Shown one piece after another: positions 44,898 to 59,500 of a stretch of DNA of 64,000 bases. This DNA is from Eledone cirrhosa. Taxonomy: Eukaryota. The stretch covers positions 9,238,001 to 9,302,000 of the forward strand of contig OZ024747.1 in NCBI GenBank assembly GCA_964016885.1, given 5' to 3'. Position 1 is the first letter of the stretch. Every line of letters begins with the position of its first letter. The notes under the pieces are model-generated. The model was not told where the DNA came from, did no database searches, and was given only the letters and a program-made list of their open reading frames with translations. The position numbers were made by a program, and so were the translations under genes.

Positions 44898-45077
44898 TAG
44901 GAACAAGTAAGACCCCGACGGCTGAGCTCAAGCCGTTTCGACGGCTAATTCTGTCGAAACGGCTTGAGCTCAGCCGTCGGGGTCTTACTTGTTCCTATTA
45001 CCCACTCTACTACCCTAAGTATTGAGTACTTTGGTGCGTTATGGTCCACCTGGTTCCTTACCACATTTCCTTCGTTA
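44898..45077 (+). mobile_element. Family D fold-back mini-element in (TA)n (half-hammerhead)
   Basis: ~45-bp inverted arms plus the shared tail, with (TA)n on both sides. Confidence 0.85.
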
Positions 45078-45160
45078 TATATATATATATATATATATAT
45101 AAACATATATATATATATGTGAGTATGTATATGTATGTATATATATATATGTATAGGTAT

Positions 45161-45201
<41 letters not shown>

Positions 45202-45227
45202 TGTACATATACATATATATATATACA

Positions 45228-45274
<47 letters not shown>

Positions 45275-45374
45275 GTAATAATAATAAATGTGAAGACTAA
45301 AATCCGAAGAGGGCTCGATAAGGATAATATATATATATAAACATATATAAAAACCGTAGACCGTGTGTGTGTGT

Positions 45375-45407
<33 letters not shown>

Positions 45408-45408
<1 letters not shown>

Positions 45409-45452
45409 TCCTGAAGATTTCATCTGAATGAAACAGTACTAGTCCTGTAGAA
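45408..45452 (+). ncRNA. Hammerhead core, family A variant, 5'-truncated
   Basis: TTC-CTGAAGA-TTTC ATCT GAAT-GAAACAG-TACTAGTC-CTGTA-GAA immediately after a TA run. Confidence 0.7.
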
Positions 45453-45863
45453 GCTCCTTCTGTAAAATAAAAATAAAAAATATATATATCGATAAAGAAA
45501 GTAATTGAAAGACAAAAGACAGAAAGGAATAATTATATATTATCCTCCAACTTTGATAATGTTATTTTTTCTTTTGTATATTGTTACTAAAATTTATATT
45601 GTTACAATATCACTTGAGGATGGAGAGAATAAAGAGCTTATTGTTGTTGTTGTTGTTATTCTCTTTGTTGTTGTTGTTGTTCTCTTTGTTGTTGTTGTTG
45701 TTGCTGTTGTTGTTGTTGCTGTTGCTGCTGTTGTTGTTCTCTTTGTTGTTGTTGTTGTTCTCTTTGTTGTTGTTGTTGTTCTCTTTGTTGTTGCTGTTGT
45801 TGTTGTTGCTGTTGTTGTTGTTGTTGTTGTTGTTGATGCTGTTGTTGTTGGTGTTGCTGCTGC

Positions 45864-45895
<32 letters not shown>

Positions 45896-46112
45896 TAATC
45901 CACAGTCAATTGCATTCATTATAATTGACTCTTATTTGATAGACATAGAAACGTCTGTTTTATTTGTTTGTGGGTTGTCACCGCTGTTTCTTTCATTGTT
46001 TGCCCCCTTCTGTATTCTATAATTATTATTTCCCCACACGTGTATATATAACAATAATAATAATAATAACAATAATGATGATAATAATAATTGTAATAAT
46101 AATAATAATAAT

Positions 46113-46290
46113 AATTGTTTCTACTTTAGGCACAAGGCCAGCAATTCACCAGTGCATTACTGGTACTTTATTTTATCGACCCCGTAAGGATGAAAGGCAA
46201 AGTAAACCTCGGCGGGATTTGAACTCAGACTGTAAAGGGACGTAACTATGCTGCAAAGCATGGCGTCCGACCCTCCACCGATACTGCCAA
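46113..46290 (-). mobile_element. Same SINE family within (TAA)n
   Basis: Reverse-complement copy flanked by TAA repeats. Confidence 0.85.
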
Positions 46291-46734
46291 TAATAATAAT
46301 AATAATAACTATAATGCTTTCTTTATTAACCACAAGGGTTGACACAAAGTATAACATTAATGGTTTCATTTATTGGCCACAAGGGCCGTCATGTAGGGGA
46401 CAATACAAAGACACGTACAGTGGGGGCTGACAATAAGCTCGAGTAAAGGGGCAACAATGGCAAGACTAACTTAACAATGAAGATATAAAAAACATATAAA
46501 ATAAACTATGCATATAAATATAACAAAATAAATTCCCCAATTGGGGGAGGGGACGACGACCCAGGGGTGACTCAGGTACCCCACTAATCCTGAACCACCC
46601 TGCGCTTCTAATGGTTTCTTTATAAGTTGATTAAATCGACCCCAGTGCGTGACTGGTACTTCATTTTATCGACTGGTACTTTATTTTATAATAATAATAA
46701 TGCTAATAATAATAATAATAATAGTAGTAATAAT

Positions 46735-47450
46735 GATTTCTTTATTAACCACAAGGGTTTACATAAAGTAGACATTAAGGACAGTACAGGCAATACAGGA
46801 CGGTACAAATTGGCATTTCTGCGTGTAAAAAACAAAAACAGAGGATGTAACAAAAAAATAACAATGAAAAATTCCCCAATAGGGGGGGGGGGGAGACTTC
46901 GGAGGGACATTTGTGGAGAAAGCCCAGTAAAAGGCCACAGTGACCCTGACCACCAAGGCAAGTGCCCTCTCCCAGTTTTCCACCTTTAATTTACAGACAC
47001 ATACTCAGAGTAGGCCCATTCACTCGGGCCATTCTTGCTTCTCTCACCCATCTTTCAACAAAATGCTGGGAAGAGAGCACTTCCCTCTCTACTCTGATTT
47101 GCCTTTTCAAATGAAATTTGAAAAAGTCAATCAGAGCATCACCGAAGAGGTAAGTGCTCGTCTTCAGCCCTTTCAAACGTGTCCACCATACTATCTCTTT
47201 CGCCATGGCCACCAAACAGATAAAAACTGCTTGCCCTTCCCGGCTAAAGGAAGAGGGCGGGGAAATCCTCACGATGGACTCAGCTGATAGCCGGACCCGT
47301 CCTACACGCGACAGCAGGTGTTCGACATAAACCCACAAGTCAGCAATTCTCGGACACTGGACGAGTGCGTGCAGGACGGTTTCGTCGCCCTGCGCGCTTC
47401 TCGGACATGCCCGGTTGACGGCACCTCCATGCCTGTATAGTTTATCCCGA
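46735..47450 (-). pseudogene. L1/Tx1-clade LINE 3' fragment
   Basis: CPR..DETVLHALVQCPRIADLW knuckle-like motif and a 3' end with (TTA)n tail. A related 3' end starts near 46313. Confidence 0.7.
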
Positions 47451-47810
47451 AATAATAGTAATAATTTTTTTATTAATGTTATGTTTTGCTTTCTTTTTTT
47501 TTTTTTAGATTTAAAAAATTTTTAATAAAAAAAAAATGATAATAATAATAATAATAATTGTAATGATAATGATAATGATTGTAATGATAATGATAATAAT
47601 TGTAATGATAATGATAATAATTGTAATGATAATGAATTTATTCCTCTTTGATTAACTTCCGTAGCAAGTGTTAGACCAACAGCGAATACTTGTCTAAAGC
47701 TCATGGGCCTATATCGACTCCATTATTTCATACACCTGACCAAGACAAGCCCCCCCCCTCTCTCTGCCTTGTTGGCTTTTACTTTGGTTTTTGCTTATGT
47801 TTTGTATGTA

Positions 47811-47865
<55 letters not shown>

Positions 47866-48008
47866 TATATACATATATACATATATATATATACATATAT
47901 ACATATATATATATACATATACATATACATATATATATATACATATATATATATATACATATCTATATACATATATATATACATATATACATATACCTAT
48001 ATATATAC

Positions 48009-48089
<81 letters not shown>

Positions 48090-48732
48090 GTATATATATA
48101 TATATATATATACATATATACACATACATATATATATTTTTTCTTTGCTTGTCTGGTTCCTCTCTTGTTATTGTTGTTATTGTTGTTATCACTCAATTTT
48201 TAAATGACACAAACTATTTTGATTGTTGTTGCTCTTGTTATAACGTCTCGATCCTCCCCTCTTCCTTCTTCTCCCCTCCTCCTCCTCCTACTCTTTCTCG
48301 TCATTCTCCTCTTCCTCCTCTTCCTACGCCCCTCCTCCTCCTTCTTCTTCTTCAGTCAATCTTGTATCTGTATTTATTGTAACAGGAAGTTGACCTGTCG
48401 TCTGGTTTCATCAGTTTCCGCTATTCCACACACAGTGACTCCACTAATATATTTCTGATATACCCCGCGGCACACAATCTTCTCAACACCTGCAAATCTT
48501 TTCACACATGCACCAGAAAACAACACACAACAACAACAGCAACAAAAACAACAACCACAACGACAATGACAATACAACAACAAAACCAAAAAAAAAAAAA
48601 CAAACAAAACAATGACAAAAATAATAACAACAACTACAACACACAAAATAGAAACAATAGAAAACTTTCTGCAAATACGAAAATGAAGCAGGTCATCCAT
48701 TAATGAACTGCACACATATGAAGATGCATGGA

Positions 48733-48827
<95 letters not shown>

Positions 48828-48893
48828 CAAGAGCACACACACACAGAGAGGCATTGACGGATGCACTTATAAAAATACAAATATCCCCCCCCC

Positions 48894-48948
<55 letters not shown>

Positions 48949-48961
48949 ATATATATATACA

Positions 48962-49014
<53 letters not shown>

Positions 49015-49142
49015 CAATATATATACAATATATATATACATATATATATATACAATATATATACAATATATATATATAATATATATATATAGAATATATT
49101 TATATATATATATATGTATTTACACACACATATGCAGATCTT

Positions 49143-49215
<73 letters not shown>

Positions 49216-49349
49216 CTATATATATATATATGTTTGTGTTTGTATGTCAATATACGTATGTATAACACGTGCAAGAGATCCACATACAAATAAAAGTCCT
49301 GCTGGTTTTTTGTAAAAAGGAATCACATATGTACAGAGAGAGAGAGAGG

Positions 49350-49384
<35 letters not shown>

Positions 49385-49618
49385 AGGGTGAGAGGGATAG
49401 ATAGCGAGGGAGAAGTAGAGGTAGAGAGAGAGAGAGAGAGAGTGTGTGTAAACCCGACACCCACACAGAATGACATACAGTAGAAGCAGGACTTGTAAGA
49501 TGCGGGTCACTTGCGATTCAGCGACCTCATAAAGGACACCTCTTATTTGTCTAGCCACTTTCACCTTGTACTCATAGAATACTTCATACCACAGTTATGA
49601 TGCGGAGTACACTGGCTG

Positions 49619-49893
49619 ATGGTGGTGGTGGTGGTGGTGGTGGTGGTGGGGGTGGTGGTGGTGGTGGTGGTGGTGGTGGGGATGGTGGTGGTGGTGGTGG
49701 GGATGGTGGTGGTGTTGGTGGTGGTGGTGGGGATGGTGGTGTTGGTGGTAGTGCTGCTGGTGGTGGTGGTGGTGGGGAATGGTGGTGGTGGTGGTGTTGG
49801 TGGTGGTGGTGGTGGTGTTGGTGGTGGTGGTGGTGGTGGTGTTGGTGGTGGTGGTGGTGGTGTTGGTGGTGGGGATGGTGGTGTTGGTGGTGG

Positions 49894-49924
<31 letters not shown>

Positions 49925-50585
49925 GGTGGTGGTGGTGCTGGTGGTGGTGGTGGTGGTGGTGGTGTTGTTGTTGGTGGTGGTGGTGGTGTTGGTGGTGGTG
50001 GTGGGGATGGTGGTGGTGGTGGGGATGGTGGTGGTGGTGGGGATGGTGGTGGTGGTGGTGTTGGTGGTGGTGGGGATGGTGGTGGTGGTGGGGATGGTGG
50101 TGGTGGTGGGGATGGTGGTGGTGGTGGTGGTGGTGGTGGTGGTGTTGGTGTTGGTGGTAGTGCTGCTGGTGGTGATGGTGGTGGAGGTGGGGATGGTGGT
50201 GGTGGTGTTGGTGTTGGTGGTGGTGGTGGGGATGGTTGGTGTTGGTGGTGATGTTGGTGTTGGTGGTTGTGGTGGTGGGGATGGTGGTGGTGGTGGTGGT
50301 GGTGGTGGTGGGAATGGTGGTGATGGTGGTGGTGATGGTGGTGGAGGTGGGGATGGTGGTGTTGGTGTTGGTGTTGGTGGTGGTGGTGGGGATGGTTGGT
50401 GTTGGTGGTGATGTTGGTGTTGGTGGTGGTGGTGGTGGGGATGGTGGTGTTCGTTGTGGTGATGGTGGGGATGGTGGTGGTGGGGATGGTGGTGGTGGTG
50501 GTGGTGGTGGTGGGGATGGTGGTGTTCGTTGTGGTGGTGGTGGTGGCAGTGGTGATGGTGGTGGTGTCGGCGATGGTGGTGGTAG
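49619..50585. repeat. Compound (GGT)n satellite
   Basis: Directly visible; another (GGT)-based array lies at 28800-29312. Confidence 0.95.
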
Positions 50586-51079
50586 TTGTTATGCCATTCA
50601 CTGGTTGGTTGGCAATATTTGTTTATTATTTCAATTATTTTAGCAGAATTGAGATAAGAAGGCGGTGGAGGAGGGTGGTGGTGGGGGGGGGGGGGTCGGG
50701 GGGGGGAGGTGAGGAGGAGGAGGTATGGTTTAACCTCTCTTTTGACATTCATGATTTCATTAATGAGATGAACTGGTATCTGGTTGTGGTGGTGTTGGTG
50801 GTGGTGGTGGTGGTGGTGGTAGTGGTGGTAGTAGTGGTGGTAGTGGTGGTAGTGGTGGTGATGGTAGTATTGGTGGTAGTGATGGTTGTGGTGGTAATGG
50901 TAGTATTGGTGGTAACCGTGATAGAGGTAGTGGTGGTAAAATGTATGGTAATGATTTTGGCAGAATAAAATCTCACGTAAGTCGTGAATTACTTTAGGCT
51001 TATTTTATGCCTTTTCTTTCTATGGGATCCATTTTTAATATAAACTGTATTTTTGTCAATTTTCAGATATTTGAAGTTA

Positions 51080-52050
51080 AGATGTCAAAATAAGATTTTC
51101 ATCAAATATATATCTAAGAGTTTAAACTCACAGTGCAGCACAAACGGCTAAATACACGAATGAAGTTTGGGCCCAAGGAAGTGTTTATGAATTTTCAATG
51201 CAGCGTTGATTTAAAAAAGATTCTGTCGTGGTGTATTAACTCTTGAATATAAGAAAGATCATGGACGTCCTTCTGCCATTGACAACGATTAATTGAAGAC
51301 TTTGTTGGAAAAAATCTTCGCACAACTGTTAGAGAGCTTGCAAGAGAGTTAGATGCAAAGATTGGAACAATTTTAACCGAATTGGAAAGTCGAAGGAGAT
51401 TGAAAAATGGGTGCCACATGCATTGAACGGAAACCGGAAAAGAAATCGCGGTAACAAAGATGGTTTTCGCTATTTTTGTGCAACAATAACAACATATTTC
51501 TTGATCGTATTGTGACATACGGTGAAAAGTAGATCATATTTAACAACTGACGAGGTTCATCACAGTGGTTGAACTGAGACGAAGCTTCTAATCACTCCCG
51601 AAGCCGAAGTTTTACAAAAAGAAGATTATGGTGATTGTTTGGTGACCCGCAATCGGATTAATCTATTACAGCTTTCAGAATCCAGGTATAAGATTCACAG
51701 CAAAGAAGTCTTGTCACGAAATTGATGAAATTTTAAAAACTTGTAGCGTATTTGTCTATGATTGGTCAATCTTCTTATATGACACTGTTTGACCACACAT
51801 CGCACAACCAACGCTCTAGAAGTTGAACGAATTGGACCATGAAACTCATCCAACATACCCACCGGAGCTTTTACCAACCGACTCCATTTTTTTAAAGCAT
51901 TTTGACAACTTCTTGCAAGAGACTCTTCAACAACCAAACAGTCCCAGCAAAAAATACCTACAAAGAATTTGCCGCCTTCAGAACTTCAGAATTCGATATT
52001 ACAGGAATAAATAAACATGATTCTTGTTAGCCAAAAATGTATAGATTCTG
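51080..52050 (+). pseudogene. Decayed mariner transposase
   Basis: KWVPHAL, FLDRIVTYGEK* (cf. FLDRIVTGDEKW) and HPTYPPELLPTDS (cf. HPPYSPDLAPSDY); many stops and frameshifts. Confidence 0.8.
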
Positions 52051-52145
52051 GACTGAGATATGTCGTTTTAAAGTTAATGTTTAAAAACTTGCATTAAATG
52101 CTGAACAACAGGACAAATTTCAGATGATGCAGTAAACGATGAGTT

Positions 52146-52182
<37 letters not shown>

Positions 52183-52297
52183 CATACACGCATACAAACA
52201 CACACACACATGCACTCACGCATATAAAAACAACTATAGGAATAAAAATGTCCCCCTCCTCCACCACTTTCCCCTCCATATCATCATTATCATCGTC

Positions 52298-53710
52298 ACT
52301 ACCACCACCACCACCACCAATACACCACCACCACCACCACCACCAATACACCACCACCACCACCAATACACCACCACCACCACCAATACCACCACCATCC
52401 CCACCACCACCACCAACACGACGACGACGACGACGACAACCACCATCACCACTACCACGACGATGACCACCACCACCACTACCACCACAGCAACACCACC
52501 AATACACCACCGCCACCACACCACCTCCACCACCACCACACTACCACCACCACCACACCACCACCACCAATACACCACCACCAATACACCACCGCACCAC
52601 CACCACACCACCACACCACCACCGATACACCACCGTCACCACCACACCACCGCACCACCACCACACTACTACCACCACCACCACCACCACACCACCACCA
52701 CACCACCACACCACCACCACCACACTACCACCACACCACCACCACCACCACCACCACCACCACCACCACACTACCACCACCACCACACCACCACTATCAA
52801 TACACCACCGCCACCACCACACCACCACCACACCACCACCACACCACCACACCACCACCACCAATATACCACCACCAATACACCACCACCACCACCACAC
52901 CACCGCACCACCACCACCACCACCACACCACCACCACACCACCACCACCACCACACCACACCACACCACCACCACCACTACCACCACCACCACCACACCA
53001 CACCACACCACCACACCACCACCACCACCACCACCACCATCACCACACTACCGCCACCACCACACCATCATCACACCACCACCACACCACCACACCACCA
53101 CCACCAATATACCACCACCAATACACCACCACCACCACCACACCACCGCACCACCACCACCGCCACCACACCACCACCACACCACCACCACCACCACACC
53201 ACACCACCACCACCACCACTACCACTACCACCACCACCACACCACACCACCACCACCACCACTACCACTACCACCACCACCACACCACACCACCACACCA
53301 CCACCACCACACCACCACCACCACACCACCACCGCCACCACCACCACCACCACACCACCACCACCACCACACCACGCCACCGCCACCACTACCACCACCA
53401 CCACCACACCACACCACACCACCACACCACCACCACCACCACACCACCACCACCACCACCACCACCACCACCACCACACCACCACCACCAATACACCACC
53501 GCCGCCACCACCACCACCACCACTACCACACCACCACCACCACACCACACCACCACCACCACCACCACCACCACACCACCACCACCACACCACCACCACC
53601 ACCACCACCACACCACCACCACCAATACACCACCGCCGCCACCACCACCACCACCACCACCACACCACCACCACCACACCACCACCACACCACCACCACC
53701 ACACCACCAA
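52298..53710. repeat. Compound (CCA)n satellite
   Basis: Directly visible. Confidence 0.95.
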
Positions 53711-54211
53711 TTATAAAAAAGAACCTGAAAACACTGACACGCGTCCATTGCTCTCCCTATTGACTCCATATTCCCAGCCCCTATTTATATTCAAAGGGTT
53801 TTCACTTACCATCTACTCTTCCATTGAACCCCTTTCCCCCTCCTCCATTACCTCACCCCTCCACCTTGTCTCTCTCTTTAGATATTACATCCCCCTTCCC
53901 CCCTGCTCCTCCCCTTCATTTACACTTTCACCAGTTTTCTCGTTTTGTACCTCCTTATAGCAATATTATAGAGAGTTTTTTTATTTAGTACTTCATATCT
54001 ACATTTACGTATATATATATATATATATAGAGAGAGAGACATACATATATACACATATACATGTATATGCGCATATATGCATATATATATATACACATAT
54101 TTGCATATATACACACATATATTTGCATATATATATATACACATATATATATACATATATATGCTTATATATGTTTATATATATATACATACATATGCAT
54201 ATATATGTGTG

Positions 54212-54270
<59 letters not shown>

Positions 54271-54311
54271 ATATATATACATATGCATATATATGTGTGT
54301 ATATATATATA

Positions 54312-54383
<72 letters not shown>

Positions 54384-55072
54384 CATTATAGATAGTGTAT
54401 ATATGAAGCGTGTGTGTGTATTAATTTTCGTTTTAGGTTTATTATTGGTTTATTTGTACATGTGTGTATCCTGTATATTTTCATTATCACCTTTTCTCTC
54501 ATTAGAAGAACTAGTTTGTGAACCAAACGAAATAGGGGCAGCCCTCATCCTATATTATAAACAATATATTTGACAATAAAAATAACCGTCCACTAATACA
54601 AAGAAGGGTTTGTGGTGAGCAATTTTGAGTATCAGCAGAGGAGAGAAAGTTACTTTTAACAGTGTCAAATAGTGTAAGCCATTGATGTTGATTATAGAGT
54701 TATTGAAACAGAGTAATATGTCGGTGATGTCAACAGTGTTGGCAGACGATAGTCGGCGTTGGCGGACGTTGGCGAGCTGTGGCGGACGATGGCGGACGAT
54801 GGCGGACGATGGCCGGCGATGGCGGACGTTTGCAGACGATGGCCGGCGATGGCGGACGCTGGCAGACGATGTCGGATGATGATGGTAATAGACAAGATAA
54901 TGTAAGAAAACAGTATCATTTAAAGAGGTGAATTGACGGAAGTTGTATTAGACTTCACTTTCACTTCGTATGTAACATTTCTATAGGCTTACAACAAATT
55001 CCTATACATATATAGACACACACACACACACGATATATATATATATATACTTATTTACTTTATGCAGAAATG

Positions 55073-55122
55073 ACTTCTATAGGATTAGAACTTTCCTTCA
55101 TAAGAAATCACAAGGAAAGTCT
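55073..55122 (-). pseudogene. Decayed family A hammerhead
   Basis: cttctataggattagaactttcc...gaaatcacaaggaa aligns by eye with 5344-5396, but both core boxes are mutated. Confidence 0.45.
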
Positions 55123-55694
55123 ATAACACACACACACACACACACATACAACACGCGCATTTATATATTGTTACATACATATATGGATATAATAAGGGTA
55201 TTAAATCCACAGTACCTACAATAGATATTCATTCCTAGTACCCACAGCGTATATCTCTATATATACTGAAATATTTTTTATATGAATGAGAATTTTAACC
55301 CTCTCATCTAACATTCTACAAAATGTAATATTTAACGTTCGGATCCATATATCAGTATCATCTTCAAACGAAACTACATTTGTTAGTGAATCTTATCATA
55401 ACGAGGCTGCTCTTTCAATGGCGGCTTTACAAATAAAATACAATACACAATCAGATCTAATGAGCTTTAGTGCAAACATTGACCAAAACATATTTTCTAG
55501 TATAATCCAATTTATATCTTATACGTATGATATAATATTTCCAAAGATTTTCTAAATCTAATTTCTTTTCATTTCCCGATGATTTAAAGATATAAGAATT
55601 CCGACAGAAACTCAATTAAGATGAACTTTTCTTGCTACAAAAAATATACATGTTTAATTAACCATTTCAACACTCTAAACGGTAATCAGAAGAA

Positions 55695-56156
55695 GGAAGC
55701 CAAACTCGCTATCTTCAATTCGATATTGGTGGCAACCTTTACCTATGGTCAAGAATCTTGGGTAATGACTGAAAGAATATGATTGTGAATACAAGCAGCC
55801 GAAAAGGGATTCCTCCGAAGGGTCTTTGGAGTAACGTTACTCGATAGAGTGTGTAGCTCGGAGATCAGAGTGTCGCTCCAGGTAGAGACGCTACTTCTCA
55901 GAATTGCGAGATCACAGCTCCGATACTATGGACATGTAGTTAGAATGTCTCAGGACAGAATCACTGGACAGATTTTACGGGTAAAACTAACTGACAGGAG
56001 ACCCAAGGGTAGGCTCCAAGCAAGATGGTTGGATAACATCCATGAGCTTGGTTGGTCTCGCTTGGGGATCCAGCCAGATCAGTTGGAGATGGTTGCTTCT
56101 GACAGGACCCGCTGGAAGGAGTGTTTGAGGACTCTGCCCCCATGACCCTCTCAAGA
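55695..56156 (+). pseudogene. RTE-clade (Expander/Rex3-like) LINE 3' fragment with TAA tail
   Basis: TYGQESW, QAAEKGFLRR, QLRYYGHVVRM and RPKGRLQARW; internal stop codons. Confidence 0.8.
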
Positions 56157-56163
56157 ATAATAA

Positions 56164-56503
56164 TGGTTTCTAATATGGGCACAAAGTCAGTAATTTTGGG
56201 GGAGGGAAAAGTCGATTAAATCGACCCCAGTGTATTACTGGTGCTTTATTTTATCGATCCCTTAAGGATGAAAGGCAAAGTTAACCTCGGCGGGATTTGA
56301 ACTCAGACCGTAAAGGGCCGTAACTCTATGCTACAAAGCATGGTGTCCGACCCTCTACTGATACTCCCAATCCAATAATAATAATAATAATAATAATAAT
56401 AATTGTTTCTACTTTAGGCACAAGGCCAGCAATTACCCAGTGCATTACTGGTACTTTATTTTATCGACCCCGTAAGGATGAAAGGCAAAGTCAACCTCGG
56501 CGG
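56164..56503 (-). mobile_element. Two tandem SINE copies (56164-56375 full length; 56402-56503 5'-truncated)
   Basis: Homology to 42212-42435 and 2367-2548; the copies are separated by (TAA)n. Confidence 0.85.
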
Positions 56504-56546
56504 GATAATAATAATAATGATAATAATAATAATAATAATAATAATA

Positions 56547-59500
56547 ATTTAAAAAAAAAAAAAAAAACAACAAAAAGAAAACCCCGTGACCAAGAAATAC
56601 CGGGATGGCGGCCGGCGGGGAATAGCCATGTCTCTAGGGGAGAACGACCCCTCTAGTCTTGGTTGACACTCGTTCTAGAAGTGGTAACACGAAAAGATTA
56701 CCCCTTGGCGGTTAAGGATAAAACGCGACAAAATAAGGTAGATGTCTAATGATGAAATCTCATACCGGATCGGCCGTCACCCGGGTAAAAAAGGGCCGCG
56801 TCCCTCAGAGAGGAACCAGACTGGGGTCGAAAAATCAGCTAATGGTTCAAACCTTCCCATCACTTCGGAGCTGGAGACCTCCCATAACCGGAATACTCCT
56901 ACTGTTGGCCCTCCATGCTCACCACCAAGAAATCCAAAGAAAAAGAGAGAAAAATGGTCAAGGGAAGATAATAAAGAAGTCCTTGAGGCTTTCTACACTG
57001 CCATGTACTACCCATCAAATACATCGAATACAGAGCAAACATATATCAACTGGAAAAAGAAACATCCCGAAAACAGAGGCTATATTGACAGTAACAAACT
57101 AGCCAATATACGAAGAAATATTGTAAGAAAAAAGTTACTAACTGATATAGAAATTGATCAGATCAAGCTAGTAGCACAAAGTCAGCGAAGGGAAAATGAA
57201 GCATGTGTCAGTGAAAACGAGGTAAACTGTAACACTTCGAATCCCAGAGTTGGGGCGGAATCACTGGCAACAGAACAAATTAAAGAAAGGAGCGAAAAAG
57301 TGGAGGGAGTGCATGCTCAGGATGAAACTCTAAATGAAAATAATGAGATCGTAAATGATAAAGAAATGAATGAGAATGAACTTGCCAACTTGAAGGATGA
57401 AATTATGATCGAATGGATGAAAATGAAAGAATCTGACATGGGGGAACGAGACACCCTCCCTAAGATCCAGAACTCCAAACAGAACCAAAAGATAATACAC
57501 AAGACTAACATAATTCTCAAAAACATTATCATCACAAACAAAATAAACATTACTGACTTAAATCATCTCTATTATGCATCGGCTAAAGTCACCACTCACT
57601 TATGTGGAGTGAAGATGAAAAAACAAAGGAATTCCCACAAGAAATCTACTTGGCAAGATAACATCAATCGCCAAATAAACCTTCTCCGATCTGACATAGA
57701 AATTTTAACAAACTATAAAGTAGGTGAACATGTTAAACAAACTAAACTTAGAAAATTGAAAAAAAAGTACAATATAAGATCAACATGTGACATAGACATG
57801 CTGATAGAAACAATCAAGCAAAAAGTGTCGGCCAAAGCTGCTCGTATAAGGCGCTTTGAAAAACGATCTAGATTCTATAAGGATAATAATATGTTCAAAA
57901 ACAACCAAAGAAACTTCTACAGAAAAATTGGTAAGTCAACAATAACTGCTAAATCAATACCACCCAAGGAGGAAGTGCAAGAATTCTGGGAAAAGATCTG
58001 GGCCGAAGAAAAAGTTCATAACATACATGCCCCATGGATAGACAGACAAATGAAAGAAACAGCTCACCTTGAAGAACAAACATGGGAAAATATAACAGTT
58101 GAACAGCTGCGCTTGGCTCTAAGAAAAACCAGCAAATGGAAATCCCCAGGAAAAGACAAAATACAAAACTTTTGGATAAATGCCTTCACAGAGTCTCATG
58201 AGCTGTTAGCCCAACTTTACAATGAAATAGTTAAGGAGCCAGAAAAGATACCATCATGGCTAGTCAACGGCATTACATTCCTGCTACCGAAGAATGATGA
58301 GACAAACAATCCCAAAAATTACAGACCGATAACCTGCTTGACCACAATGTATAAAATTTTAACATCAGTCCTAACTGAATACACATATGACCACCTGATA
58401 ACAAATGACCTATTTCCCATTGAGCAGAAAGGGTGTAAACGAGGCTCATATGGCTGTAAGGATCAGCTTCTGGTTAACAAAATGATACTGGAAGATTGTC
58501 ATAATAGACACAAAAATCTATCGATTGCTTGGATAGATTATAAAAAAGCATTTGATAGTTTGCCACACAGTTGGATTGAAAAATGTTTAGAGATTTTCAA
58601 AATATCCCCCGTTGTCAGGAGGTTTTTGTCATTCAGTATGAGGACATGGAGAACGACACTCCTTTTGAATAGTGAAACAAAATCACTGGAAGCTGGAGAA
58701 GTTAACATTAATTGTGGAATTTTTCAGGGTGACTCTTTATCACCGCTTTTATTCTGCATCGCACTTATACCATTAAGTAAAATGCTCAATGAAACAAAAC
58801 ATGGATATAGAGTCTATGACAAAACCATTAATCACCTGTTCTACATGGATGACCTGAAACTATTTGCAAAAAATGATGAACAATTGCAAGGGCTATTATC
58901 CACTGTGAAGCAGTTCAGTGATGACATTAAAATGGAGTTTGGACTGGATAAATGCGCCAAAGCAACGTTCACCAGAGGAAAGCTGCTGAAGAGTTCAGAC
59001 ATTAATCTTGATCGGGGGAACGTGATAAGAGAGCTTGATCAAGAACAAACTTACAAATATCTAGGTGTTTGTGAAGGAGACGGAATCAAGCACTCGACAA
59101 TGAGGGAAAGGATAAGGAAGGAATGTTACCGCAGAGTCAGAGCAATCTTAAGAACGGAATTGAATGCAAGGAATAGGATCGATGCCATAAACACGCTTGC
59201 CATACCAGTAGTAACCTACAGTTACAATGTCATCAACTGGTCAAGCACAGAGATCCGTAGGCTCGATACAAAAATCCGAAAATTCTTAACCATGCACAGA
59301 ATGCATCACCCTAAGGCAGACATAGATAGAATATATCTCCCTAGGAAAGAAGGAGGACGTGGGTTAATCCAGTTAGACATTGCGTTGAAAACTGCAACAA
59401 TTGGATTATCCACATATCTAAGGGAATCACATGATTGGATGATCAAACTCGTTTTGAAACACGAAAGCACCAAAAGATCATATTCCATTACAAAAGATGC

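Noticed and set aside
48374-48490. Possible minus-strand terminal exon (tttgcag|..GVEKIVCRGVYQKYISG..LLQ*, AATAAA)
   Set aside because: No recognisable homology and no convincing partner exon (49480-49615 and 36330-36500 were also examined). Needs RNA-seq.
49619-53710. (GGT)n and (CCA)n arrays as giant inverted repeats around the mariner remnant
   Set aside because: The complementarity reflects simple-repeat composition; the internal variant patterns do not mirror each other.
54745-54880. GC-rich ggcggacgat repeats and the 65-aa ORF
   Set aside because: Short 10-bp tandem repeat with no coding or element evidence.
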